Of a DNA stretch of 64,000 nt, positions 55,399 to 63,772 are shown in pieces; position 1 is the first letter of the stretch, and every line of letters begins with the position of its first letter. A program made the translations under genes and the position numbers. The notes beneath the pieces are model-generated. The model was not told where the DNA came from, did no database searches, and worked only from the letters and a program-made list of their open reading frames with translations. The stretch comes from a virus, in IMG/VR virus record IMGVR_UViG_3300032323_001800, positions 123,930 through 187,929 of that record. One strand, given 5' to 3'.

Positions 55399-56168
55399 GA
55401 ATTATTGCAGGCCCGTGCCAACACGAAACAATAGATCAAAGTTTAGTGATCGCAGAACATTGTGCAAGAGTATGTGCCAAGTACGGTGTTGAATACTATT
55501 TTAAAGCCAGTTATGATAAAGCTAATCGAACAAGTTTAAAAGGTAAGAGAGGTCGAGGCCTTACTCTTACATTGTCTGATTTTGCAGATATGAAAAAAGA
55601 ATTGTCCAATCTAAAAATACTCACTGATGTTCATACCGAGACACAGATTAACGCAATGGGCGCATGGCCTGATGTTGTTGATGTTTTACAAATTCCTGCG
55701 TTTCTTTGTCGTCAAACTGATTTAATTCAACGTGCTTGCGATACAGGAAAAATTGTAAACATCAAGAAAGGACAGTTCCTAGCGCCGTGGGATGTTGCTG
55801 GTATATTAAGCAAGACAGAAAACGCCAAAGAAGTTTGGATAACAGAAAGAGGGACGAGCTTTGGATATAACACTCTAGTTGTTGATTTTACTGGCATTGA
55901 CTATATGCTTAACAATTATAATGTACCTGTTGTGTTAGACGCAACTCACAGTGTGCAGAAGCCGGGAGGTAACGGTAGTAGTAGCGGCGGCAACAGAGAT
56001 TATGTTCCGGGATTATGTCGTGCGGCCAGTGCGTTAGGAGTTAGTAATTTTTTCTTAGAAGTACATGCTGACCCAGACAACGCACCCAGCGACGGACCCA
56101 ATATGGTCAAACTAGATCAATTCGAATCTATAATAGATCAAATAGTAAAATACAATTATAAAAGGTAA
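55395..56168 (+). CDS. kdsA: 3-deoxy-D-manno-octulosonate 8-phosphate (KDO8P) synthase, metal-dependent type
   Basis: IAGPC, KASYDKANRTS, LQIPAFLCRQTDL, NIKKGQF, TERG..FGYN.LVVD, DATHSVQ.PG, FLEVH.DPD.APSDG. Confidence 0.93.
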   Translation: MRIIAGPCQHETIDQSLVIAEHCARVCAKYGVEYYFKASYDKANRTSLKGKRGRGLTLTLSDFADMKKELSNLKILTDVHTETQINAMGAWPDVVDVLQIPAFLCRQTDLIQRACDTGKIVNIKKGQFLAPWDVAGILSKTENAKEVWITERGTSFGYNTLVVDFTGIDYMLNNYNVPVVLDATHSVQKPGGNGSSSGGNRDYVPGLCRAASALGVSNFFLEVHADPDNAPSDGPNMVKLDQFESIIDQIVKYNYKR

Positions 56169-56172
56169 TTAA

Positions 56173-56679
56173 ATGAGAATTTTAACATTAAGCAACACGG
56201 CATTTGATTTAAATGAACTGCCAGAAGATGTAGAAGAAGATACTAGATTTTCAGTATTAGATAATTCAACTCCGTCGGATCCGGACTTTTATTTTATGCC
56301 TTTGATATTTTTAGAAAGTTTTAATGCGCCGGCTATAGTATTGCGCATAGGCGGAAATGAAATACAGATGCCATTGGATTGGAGCATGGTAGTAGGTGAT
56401 AAAGAGTGCGGCATGGATCCAGAAGTGTTACCATTGACTAGTATTAATGAAAGAGGGTTTGATGCATTTATTTTTAATCCAATCAAAGGCTTTAAAGCAG
56501 AATACATGAGCATCGAGTTGGTTAATATCTATAACGATGTCAAATGGTATTTTCCAAAAATGAAAAATAATCAATTACTAACTGTACCAATTAGTGAAGG
56601 TCATAATCCGCCATGCGCTTTCTTCTGTAAGGAAATATCTAGACAAAGTGAAATAGTTCAGTTAGATAAAATAATTTAA
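56173..56679 (+). CDS. Hypothetical protein, possible degenerate Hint-like fold
   Basis: 168-aa ORF; beta-strand pattern discussed in findings. Confidence 0.6.
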   Translation: MRILTLSNTAFDLNELPEDVEEDTRFSVLDNSTPSDPDFYFMPLIFLESFNAPAIVLRIGGNEIQMPLDWSMVVGDKECGMDPEVLPLTSINERGFDAFIFNPIKGFKAEYMSIELVNIYNDVKWYFPKMKNNQLLTVPISEGHNPPCAFFCKEISRQSEIVQLDKII

Positions 56680-56906
56680 TGCCTATACCTTTTATGGACA
56701 ATGATTTTTTTAAACGCAGATGTATTGGCTGGCAACAGAAGGTATCTGTTTTGCCGAGACGCTGCTATTATACCGGTAAGTCTTTATGGTTTAAAAAATC
56801 CTTTAAGGGCACAGCTATGATAACCGGTCCAGGAGAACCTATTTTTGAAAACAGATGGGTACATCCTAAAGAGTATCTTTTTTTAAAGATTAAAGGAACA
56901 ATATGA
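56679..56906 (+). CDS. Small hypothetical protein
   Basis: 75-aa ORF, TAATG-coupled. Confidence 0.55.
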   Translation: MPIPFMDNDFFKRRCIGWQQKVSVLPRRCYYTGKSLWFKKSFKGTAMITGPGEPIFENRWVHPKEYLFLKIKGTI

Positions 56907-57259
56907 AAGCAGGGAAAGTTTGGGGAGTTACAGAATTATTAGAAGCCAACGGCGTTCTAGAGTATCACCGCATTGAAGCCACAGCCGGCGGCGTTTGTTC
57001 TAAACACAAGCACAAATACAAGTGGAATGGGTTCTTTGTTGAATCCGGAAAGATGATCATTCGAGTGTGGAAGAACAACTATGACTTAGTAGATGAAACT
57101 ATTCTAACAGCAGGACAATACACGAAAGTTGCGCCTGGAGAGTATCATCAATTTGAAGCAATTGAAGACACTATTGCCTTTGAGTTATATTGGGCAGAGT
57201 TTGATCACGATGACATTGAAAGAGAAACTATAGGATATAAAAACAATGGGCCAACTTAA
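56903..57259 (+). CDS. Cupin-fold protein (sugar isomerase-like)
   Basis: GKVWG, CSKHKH..KWNGF.VESG, L.AG....V.PG.YHQFEA.ED....E.Y. Confidence 0.78.
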   Translation: MKAGKVWGVTELLEANGVLEYHRIEATAGGVCSKHKHKYKWNGFFVESGKMIIRVWKNNYDLVDETILTAGQYTKVAPGEYHQFEAIEDTIAFELYWAEFDHDDIERETIGYKNNGPT

Positions 57260-57518
57260 ACCGGGTGCTACTTTGATATACGAACGTGTAGATAATGTAG
57301 TCTATGCTAGAGAAGCAGGAGCAGATCCTTCGACTAGAACAGAGATAGGGTGGAACTATGACCCTAGAACTTCGGACGGTAGGCCGTTACACGATCATAT
57401 AATGGATTCAAAACTTTGGGGCAATATCCATAGAGCGTCAAAGGACAATCCCCTCTTGCAAGAAGCGTTAGATCGTGTTAAAATATTATACGAACTGAGT
57501 AAAAAAGATGCCAAATAA
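57246..57518 (+). CDS. Hypothetical protein
   Basis: 90-aa ORF overlapping its neighbours. Confidence 0.6.
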   Translation: MGQLKPGATLIYERVDNVVYAREAGADPSTRTEIGWNYDPRTSDGRPLHDHIMDSKLWGNIHRASKDNPLLQEALDRVKILYELSKKDAK

Positions 57519-57993
57519 ACATATTGACCTTTTTAAAGAAATGATTCCAGCTGTGGATATGGGATTATCAGACCTATGGGATGCCGCCACTGAAGAAGGA
57601 CAAAAAGAAATCAAAGGAGATTTGTGGAATCTTAATCGTTATATTAGCTCTGTGAAATCTAGTAATAGAGAATTACAAGAACACTTTGTATTAACAGTTA
57701 ATGAATACTACAACAAAAATTGGGCGCAGATATCTGGACATCCTAAACTACAATGGATGACGTTGTGCTTAGCCGCTCATGAAACCAAGAAAACATATTT
57801 TCATGAATGGATCCCACTAAAGAGAAAGTCCGAAGGCTCTAACAAGCGTGTAAAATTTCTTTCTCAAGTTTATCCAAACGCTAAAATGGATGATTTAGAA
57901 TTGCTAGCGACTTTGATGGATACTAAAAAATTAAAACAATTAGCGAAAGATTTAGGTTGGGATGATAAGCAAATTAATGAGCTCAAACTATAA
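57508..57993 (+). CDS. Clamp loader small subunit-like protein (T4 gp62-like)
   Basis: LNRYISS...NEYYN....HPKLQW..L...K..F.EWI...K...K.LSQ.YP..K...LE.L pattern resembles gp62; replication neighbourhood. Confidence 0.5.
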   Translation: MPNKHIDLFKEMIPAVDMGLSDLWDAATEEGQKEIKGDLWNLNRYISSVKSSNRELQEHFVLTVNEYYNKNWAQISGHPKLQWMTLCLAAHETKKTYFHEWIPLKRKSEGSNKRVKFLSQVYPNAKMDDLELLATLMDTKKLKQLAKDLGWDDKQINELKL

Positions 57994-58660
57994 GTGCGGT
58001 TATTGCGGTAAAGAATTTGTCAAAGAAAAAACTCTCACGGTTCATGTATGTGAAAAGAAAAGACGACATCTAAGTCGCGGAGAAAAACATGTGCATGCCG
58101 CCTTAATGGCATATCAAAAGTTCTATCAACTAGCTCAAAAAAACGGAAAACTAAAAACGTTTGACGATTTTGTTGATAGCCCGTATTATAACGCATTTGT
58201 AAAGTTCGGAAGTTTTCTAGTAAATGCTAATCCGTTATATCCCGAACGGTTTATTGATTATGTGATTAGAAGCGGAGTAAAACTTGATCACTGGTGTCGT
58301 GATGAATTGTATGATCAATACTTGATCGAATTAATTAAGTCTGAACCTGCTGATGGGGCAATACAACGATCTATAGCGTCTATGATGGATTGGGCTGGAG
58401 AAAATAATTCTCAGTGGGAGCATTATTTTTCTTATGTAAATTTAAATAGAGCTACATATGATATCAAAGAAGGAAAAATTAGTCCTTGGGTAATTTTAAA
58501 TTGCGGCAGTGGTCGGGGGTTATTACAAAAAATGAATCGCGAACAACTGGAAATCATTACCCCAATACTAGATCCTGATCACTGGGGTCGAAGATTTAAA
58601 AATTATCCTGCTGATTTTGAATTAGTAAAAGAAGTATTAAAAGAGGCCAACGTTAAATGA
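57977..58660 (+). CDS. Zinc-finger-containing hypothetical protein
   Basis: Start probably MSSNY at 57977; YKCGYCGKEFVKEKTLTVHVC (C-x2-C-x12-H-x-C). Confidence 0.6.
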   Translation: MSSNYKCGYCGKEFVKEKTLTVHVCEKKRRHLSRGEKHVHAALMAYQKFYQLAQKNGKLKTFDDFVDSPYYNAFVKFGSFLVNANPLYPERFIDYVIRSGVKLDHWCRDELYDQYLIELIKSEPADGAIQRSIASMMDWAGENNSQWEHYFSYVNLNRATYDIKEGKISPWVILNCGSGRGLLQKMNREQLEIITPILDPDHWGRRFKNYPADFELVKEVLKEANVK

Positions 58661-58881
58661 GTAAAAAACCTAAAGCAGTCGAAGTTGAGGAAGAGTTACA
58701 AGAAAACGAAGAATTTATTTCTAGAGACGACATAGCTATCGAGGTGTCGATCGACGATCAAGATAATTCTGTGTATGTAAGATTTGCTGGGTTTGAGGAC
58801 GACGAGGACGCTGAGGAATACGCAGAATTTTTAGCAACTACATTGCCGTTGTTATTATTTGAATCTACGAGACTACACTAA
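58657..58881 (+). CDS. Small acidic hypothetical protein
   Basis: 74 aa, E/D-rich; its stop overlaps the mini-DnaE start. Confidence 0.6.
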   Translation: MSKKPKAVEVEEELQENEEFISRDDIAIEVSIDDQDNSVYVRFAGFEDDEDAEEYAEFLATTLPLLLFESTRLH

Positions 58882-59462
58882 TGCCAGATATTGATATAGA
58901 TTTTGTTGATAGAAATATTGCTCTCGAACAGTTAAAACATATTCGAAGTAGTCGTAATGAGGACGGGAATCCTGTGCCACATAACACTGGTGTGTATCTA
59001 CATCAAGTGCCGGTGCATGCGCCTACTGGGTTATGTGCTGTTGATTATAACGACGCAGAAAATTTAAATTATTTTAAAGTTGATTTTCTTAATGTCAGTA
59101 TGTACAAAGGAGTACGGTCCGAAGAACACTTAATTCAATTAATGAATCAAGAACCCCTTTGGGATCTATTAGAAGACGATAGTTTTACTGATATGCTATT
59201 CCATGTTAATGGCCACGGTTCAATTTTACGCAAAATGAAACCTATTAATATAGAACAATTAGCCGCAGTATTAGCAATGATTAGACCTGCTAAACGACAG
59301 TTGATTGGCAAAGATTGGAATACTGTGATGTCAGAAGTTTGGGAAAAACCTAGACATAGCCATGAATATTATTTTAAGAAGTCACATGCTACTGCTTACG
59401 CAGTGGCAGTGGTAGTACAAATGAATTTAATCTGCGAACAAGTTAGTTACGGATTTAGCTAA
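58881..59462 (+). CDS. Miniature DNA polymerase III alpha (DnaE, family C) palm-only homologue
   Basis: MPDIDIDF, HNTGVY, YFKVDFLN, LRKMKP..IEQLAAVLAMIRP, YYFKKSHATAYA appear in DnaE order within only 193 aa. Confidence 0.82.
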   Translation: MPDIDIDFVDRNIALEQLKHIRSSRNEDGNPVPHNTGVYLHQVPVHAPTGLCAVDYNDAENLNYFKVDFLNVSMYKGVRSEEHLIQLMNQEPLWDLLEDDSFTDMLFHVNGHGSILRKMKPINIEQLAAVLAMIRPAKRQLIGKDWNTVMSEVWEKPRHSHEYYFKKSHATAYAVAVVVQMNLICEQVSYGFS

Positions 59463-59837
59463 TCACTTTACTACTTTTCTAACCAGCGTTATAGATTTTC
59501 TTTTTACTCGCTTGGTCATCATATCGTTCAAACTAGTGCATGGCCCGAATAGTACTTTAACATCTTTAGTGCTAAAATTCCTAATAGAGTATCGATAACT
59601 AAACATTTCTTTTGCTAGAAAAATATTGATAGGAATTAATCTATTAGATTCCCACCACCATGCTTCACCTAGTTCTAGAAGTTTTTGTTTTTCTTCTTCC
59701 GTTTTTAGACTGCTATAGTCGTAAAAGCTAGTTATATTTGAATCTTGGTTGATTATTATTCCCACGTATTCTTGATCTACGTAGGTAACAACGCTGATAA
59801 ACGGAAAGTTATGTTGTAGGTTTTCGCTAATTCTCAT
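59463..59837 (-). CDS. Hypothetical protein
   Basis: 124-aa ORF (FPFISVV...YVGII.NQD...WWWESNR.IPINIFL), convergent with the mini-DnaE. Confidence 0.65.
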   Translation of the reverse strand: MRISENLQHNFPFISVVTYVDQEYVGIIINQDSNITSFYDYSSLKTEEEKQKLLELGEAWWWESNRLIPINIFLAKEMFSYRYSIRNFSTKDVKVLFGPCTSLNDMMTKRVKRKSITLVRKVVK

Positions 59838-59841
59838 TCGA

Positions 59842-59847
59842 TAAATA
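59842..59847 (+). promoter_or_regulatory. TAAATA late-type promoter
   Basis: TAAATA 21 nt before ATG 59869. Confidence 0.45.
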
Positions 59848-59868
59848 TCTATTATATAGGGCTAAAGC

Positions 59869-60990
59869 ATGCAATTAATTTCAAGTTATTTATATCCAAA
59901 TAAATTGGACGTATATACAAGTGCCCCTGACTGGAATAACCTGAGGTACAATAGAGTGTATAATCGAAATTTAAAAATATATCGTAGTGTTGATAATCGC
60001 ATTGATTTGCAGGTCCGTAATTGTGATCAAAAAGCATATGACCTTACAGCAATCACGTTAGGATCAGGTCAAACTCTCGCTGTGGTATTTAACATTATAA
60101 CGAGAGAGGGAAAAAATTTGGTCCTTAGTAAGGAGTGTGCTGGGTTTGCTTTAACAGACGGATCAACATCGAGTCTGACCAAAGGACAAATTCGAGCAAC
60201 TTTAACGGACAGTGAAGTACGTGATTTAGAACCAGGATATTACAATTACACCATTGTACAAGAAATTAGAAATACTATTAGCCCTAGTGAATATTCTGTA
60301 GTCTCTAAGACAGTGCTATATGCTGATAGTCAATACGGTGCCATTTCGACTCTTGAAGTATTAGATGATGTATTAGGTCAAGTTGAATCAAGTACAACAG
60401 TTGATGCGTTTAGATTAAGTGATCCGCTTGCTAGAGATAATCGCGAAGGCGAATTTTATATTAGCAGCCTTATTGATACAAATAGAAATATACAAACTGC
60501 TCAAAGCCTACACACCTTTCAATTTTACTGCACCAATTATACAGGTAGGGTAGAGATTGAAGGCAGCTTAGATAAAAGTGCTAGCCCATCAGAATGGGTT
60601 ACTATTAGAACTAGAGATACTATTGACGAAACTATGTTTTATGAAAACATTGTTGGAAAGTATAATTGGTTTAGAATTCGCCACAGCACCGATAACTCGG
60701 GTGATGCCAAATTTGTTGTTGGCCAAAGTACTAACGGCTCATACGCTGTGTCTTTATATGATGGCGGATCATCATATGTTATTGGAGATGATATCACAAT
60801 AATTGGATCAGCATTAGGAGGCGCAAATGGAGTTAATGACCTATCCATTATCGTTACCGCGGTAAATTACCTAGGATCCATTACATCATTTACCTATTCC
60901 GGGACTTCTATATCCGGAGTACGCAGTTACGTTTTAAACGGAACGGGCATTTCTTCATCAGGAATCGTTGACAAAATACTGTACAGATAA
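59869..60990 (+). CDS. Putative virion structural protein (beta-rich; C-terminal GG-x-x-Y repeat)
   Basis: N-terminal beta-sandwich-like segment (IYRSVDN.I...VRN.DQK...L..SE...LEPG.Y.YT), C-terminal VSLYDGGSSYVIGDDITIIGSALGG like the GSGY fibre repeats; late-type promoter. Confidence 0.5.
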   Translation: MQLISSYLYPNKLDVYTSAPDWNNLRYNRVYNRNLKIYRSVDNRIDLQVRNCDQKAYDLTAITLGSGQTLAVVFNIITREGKNLVLSKECAGFALTDGSTSSLTKGQIRATLTDSEVRDLEPGYYNYTIVQEIRNTISPSEYSVVSKTVLYADSQYGAISTLEVLDDVLGQVESSTTVDAFRLSDPLARDNREGEFYISSLIDTNRNIQTAQSLHTFQFYCTNYTGRVEIEGSLDKSASPSEWVTIRTRDTIDETMFYENIVGKYNWFRIRHSTDNSGDAKFVVGQSTNGSYAVSLYDGGSSYVIGDDITIIGSALGGANGVNDLSIIVTAVNYLGSITSFTYSGTSISGVRSYVLNGTGISSSGIVDKILYR

Positions 60991-60996
60991 TACAAT
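60968..60996 (+). promoter_or_regulatory. Sigma70-type promoter for primase, putatively leaderless
   Basis: TTGACA-17-TACAAT-N6-ATG(61003), embedded in the 3' end of the upstream gene. Confidence 0.7.
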
Positions 60997-61002
60997 AACT
61001 GT

Positions 61003-62016
61003 ATGAGTCTGGTAACAGAAATATTCAAAGAACACTTACCTCACCGCCTTAAACAAACACCCAGTGGATGGGCTAGTTTTAATGCTGTGTGCTGCCACAA
61101 TAGAGGTCATAGTCATGACGATCGACAACGTGGCGGAGTTAAGTACGGCGATGGATTTGTTTATAACTGCTTCAACTGCGGATACACTGCTAGTTGGAAA
61201 CCTGGCAGAGGAATTAGCCAAAAGTTAAAAAACTTAATGAAATGGCTAGGTGCTTCAGACGATGATGTTAATCGTATGATACTCGAAGCACTACGTGAAG
61301 AATCGTCAGAGTATGCCACTGACAATAAAGTAGAATATAAAAAATTTACCAAGAAAGATCTACCTGAAGGCAGCTTGCCTCTCAGTGAATGGATCGATTC
61401 AGAGTTAGATCAAGAGCTCGAACAAAAGCTAGCCAATGTAGTTCAATATGTTATTAACCGAGGATTTGATCCGTTAGAAAATCATTTCCTTTGGTCGCCA
61501 ATTGATGGATTTAGCGATCGTGTAATTTTACCATTTACATATAATCGAGAAAATGTTGGTTGGACAGCTAGAAAAATACGTGATGGAAAACCCAAATATC
61601 TTTCGGATCAACATCCTAACTATGTGTTTAATCTAGACAAACAAACATATGATCAAAAGTATGTGTTTGTCTGTGAAGGTCCCTTTGATGCGTTGGCAGT
61701 AGGCGGAGTTGCTCTGCTACACAATGACATATCTGAAGCACAGGCATCGTTGATTAACAAACTGGGCAAAACTGTAGTCGTGATACCTGATAGAGATGAA
61801 GCGGGTATTGAAGTGATTAAACGAGCTATGGAATTAGACTGGGAAGTTGCGTTCTGTAACTGGGAAGACGATGTTAAAGATCCTGCGGCTGCTGTAGAAA
61901 AATATGGCTCTCTTTTTGTGGTTACAGATGCAATTAGTACTAGTGTAGCTGGTTCTATTAAGATCAACCTATATATGAAGAAATTGCAAAAACTGCTGGA
62001 AAATTCAAGCCGCTAG
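61003..62016 (+). CDS. gp61: DNA primase (T4 gp61-like)
   Basis: Zn-binding CC.N.GH..D.R.RGG...YNCFNCG, WTARKI....PKY, TOPRIM VFVCEGPFDA...VV.PD.D.AG...KDPA. Confidence 0.9.
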   Translation: MSLVTEIFKEHLPHRLKQTPSGWASFNAVCCHNRGHSHDDRQRGGVKYGDGFVYNCFNCGYTASWKPGRGISQKLKNLMKWLGASDDDVNRMILEALREESSEYATDNKVEYKKFTKKDLPEGSLPLSEWIDSELDQELEQKLANVVQYVINRGFDPLENHFLWSPIDGFSDRVILPFTYNRENVGWTARKIRDGKPKYLSDQHPNYVFNLDKQTYDQKYVFVCEGPFDALAVGGVALLHNDISEAQASLINKLGKTVVVIPDRDEAGIEVIKRAMELDWEVAFCNWEDDVKDPAAAVEKYGSLFVVTDAISTSVAGSIKINLYMKKLQKLLENSSR

Positions 62017-62075
62017 ACATCGCTATGACGGTTTTTTTCAGGGGTTTTAAAAAGATGGCATTTAAATGTCAGGTG

Positions 62076-62104
62076 TTGTAATAAGATTTACGAGAATGTA
62101 TAAT
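62076..62104 (+). promoter_or_regulatory. Sigma70-type promoter for helicase
   Basis: TTGTAA-17-TATAAT-N8-ATG(62113); no SD. Confidence 0.6.
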
Positions 62105-62112
62105 ATATTAAT

Positions 62113-63543
62113 ATGATAAAAGACTATGATTACGATGTCCAGAAGCTATATCTGGAAATTATGTTAGCAGATGCTGAAACGTTTGTACGCTGTCAGGGTA
62201 TTTTTGATCACACCTTATTTGATCGAAAACTACAAGATGCCGCAGAATTTATTCACAAGTATGCTGAAGAATACACAGTATTGCCAGATCTAGATATGGT
62301 TAATGCTGCTTGTAAAACAGACTTCAAACAGCCCGGTGAGTTAAAAGACGGACACTTAGATTGGCTCATGGATGAGTTTGAATCCTTTACTAGACACAAG
62401 AGTCTAGAACGTGCCATTCTTAAATCCGCTGACCTATTAGAAAAGCATGATTACGGGCAAGTTGAACTGCTGGTCAAAGAGGCTGTACAAATTGGTCTTG
62501 CTCGCGACATGGGCACTGATTACTTCTTAGATCCAAGAGCACGCCTAATGGGACTCAAAGACAAGAACGGACAAGTGACTACTGGTTGGGCAACCTTAGA
62601 TAGAAAACTGTTTGGGGGAATGAATCGAGGAGAGTTGAATATCTTTGCTGGTGGTTCGGGCGCAGGTAAAAGTTTGTTCCTAGCCAACATGGGTGTTAAT
62701 TGGGCTCTAGCAGGTTTAAATGTAGTCTATCTAACATTAGAACTTTCGGAGTCGTTGGTCAGTATGCGTATCGACAGTATGCTTACAGGAATCACAACCA
62801 AAGACATTTTCAAACAGATCGATGATGTTGAAATGAAAGTTAAGATGATTGGTCGTAAGTCGGGCATGTTACAGGTCAAGTATATGCCGTCGGGCAAAAC
62901 TGCCAATGACATTCGTGCGTATCTAAAAGAATATGAAATTAAAATGGGCAAGAAAGTTGATGTACTCTTAGTAGATTACTTGGACTTGTTGATGCCCATC
63001 TCTAAGAAGATTTCGCCAGCAGACTTGTTTATCAAAGACAAGTATGTCAGTGAAGAACTGCGTAATTTAGCAGTTGAAAAGAAATGTGTGTTCGTTACAG
63101 CGGCACAGTTAAATCGTGGTGCTGTAGAAGAAGTAGAGTTTGATCACAGTCATATCTCGGGCGGATTGAGTAAGATTCAAACAGCAGATAACGTGTTTGG
63201 TATCTTTACGTCACGTGCTATGCGTGAGCGTGGTCGTTATCAAATTCAGTTGATGAAGACACGTTCATCAAGTGGTGTGGGTCAAAAGTTAGATCTAGAC
63301 TTTAACATCGAAACTCTGCGTATTTCAGATCTGCCTGAAGATCAACAGGAAGATTCACAGAGCCAACAACGTTCATCTAGTATTATCAATCAAATCAAAG
63401 CACGTAGCAGTACTGTAGTAGATCCCACTACAGGAGAGGTAGATCCCACAGCAGGCTCACCCATAGGCCGTGTTAAAGCTAATGTAGAAAGCACTAAACT
63501 ACATCAGCTGTTAAACAGTCTAGGATCGCAGGATGAAGAGTAA
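62113..63543 (+). CDS. gp41: Replicative DnaB-like helicase (T4 gp41-like)
   Basis: GELNIFAGGSGAGKS, YLTLELSE, LLVDYLDL, AAQLNR, MKTRSS.G.G. Confidence 0.92.
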   Translation: MIKDYDYDVQKLYLEIMLADAETFVRCQGIFDHTLFDRKLQDAAEFIHKYAEEYTVLPDLDMVNAACKTDFKQPGELKDGHLDWLMDEFESFTRHKSLERAILKSADLLEKHDYGQVELLVKEAVQIGLARDMGTDYFLDPRARLMGLKDKNGQVTTGWATLDRKLFGGMNRGELNIFAGGSGAGKSLFLANMGVNWALAGLNVVYLTLELSESLVSMRIDSMLTGITTKDIFKQIDDVEMKVKMIGRKSGMLQVKYMPSGKTANDIRAYLKEYEIKMGKKVDVLLVDYLDLLMPISKKISPADLFIKDKYVSEELRNLAVEKKCVFVTAAQLNRGAVEEVEFDHSHISGGLSKIQTADNVFGIFTSRAMRERGRYQIQLMKTRSSSGVGQKLDLDFNIETLRISDLPEDQQEDSQSQQRSSSIINQIKARSSTVVDPTTGEVDPTAGSPIGRVKANVESTKLHQLLNSLGSQDEE

Positions 63544-63769
63544 CAAGATTGAGCTGTACAAGTGGTTACCTTCAGAAGGCGAATATATTGAAATAGATTG
63601 GCCCAAAGTACATGGTAAGTTGGGCCTGGATCAAACTCGCTGGTTATTAGACAAACCCCGACACATCTGTCAATTGGTCCTGGAACGCAACGATATGTAT
63701 TGCCGTTTGATGGCTGAATTTTACTGTGAAGCTACAAGACTAGAGTACCTGATAAAATTCGCTAAATAA
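63533..63769 (+). CDS. Small hypothetical protein
   Basis: 78-aa ORF overlapping the helicase end. Confidence 0.55.
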   Translation: MKSNKIELYKWLPSEGEYIEIDWPKVHGKLGLDQTRWLLDKPRHICQLVLERNDMYCRLMAEFYCEATRLEYLIKFAK

Positions 63770-63772
63770 TGG

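Noticed and set aside
62025-62081. 18-codon ORF and slippery-looking GTTTTTTTCAGGGG between primase and helicase
   Set aside because: No SD; it overlaps the helicase -35 box; the primase appears complete and the run lies after its stop, so a programmed frameshift is unsupported.
35941-63543. Inteins or group I introns in terminase, UvsX, UvsW or helicase
   Set aside because: Protein lengths are normal and motifs are contiguous; no LAGLIDADG or splicing insertions were seen.
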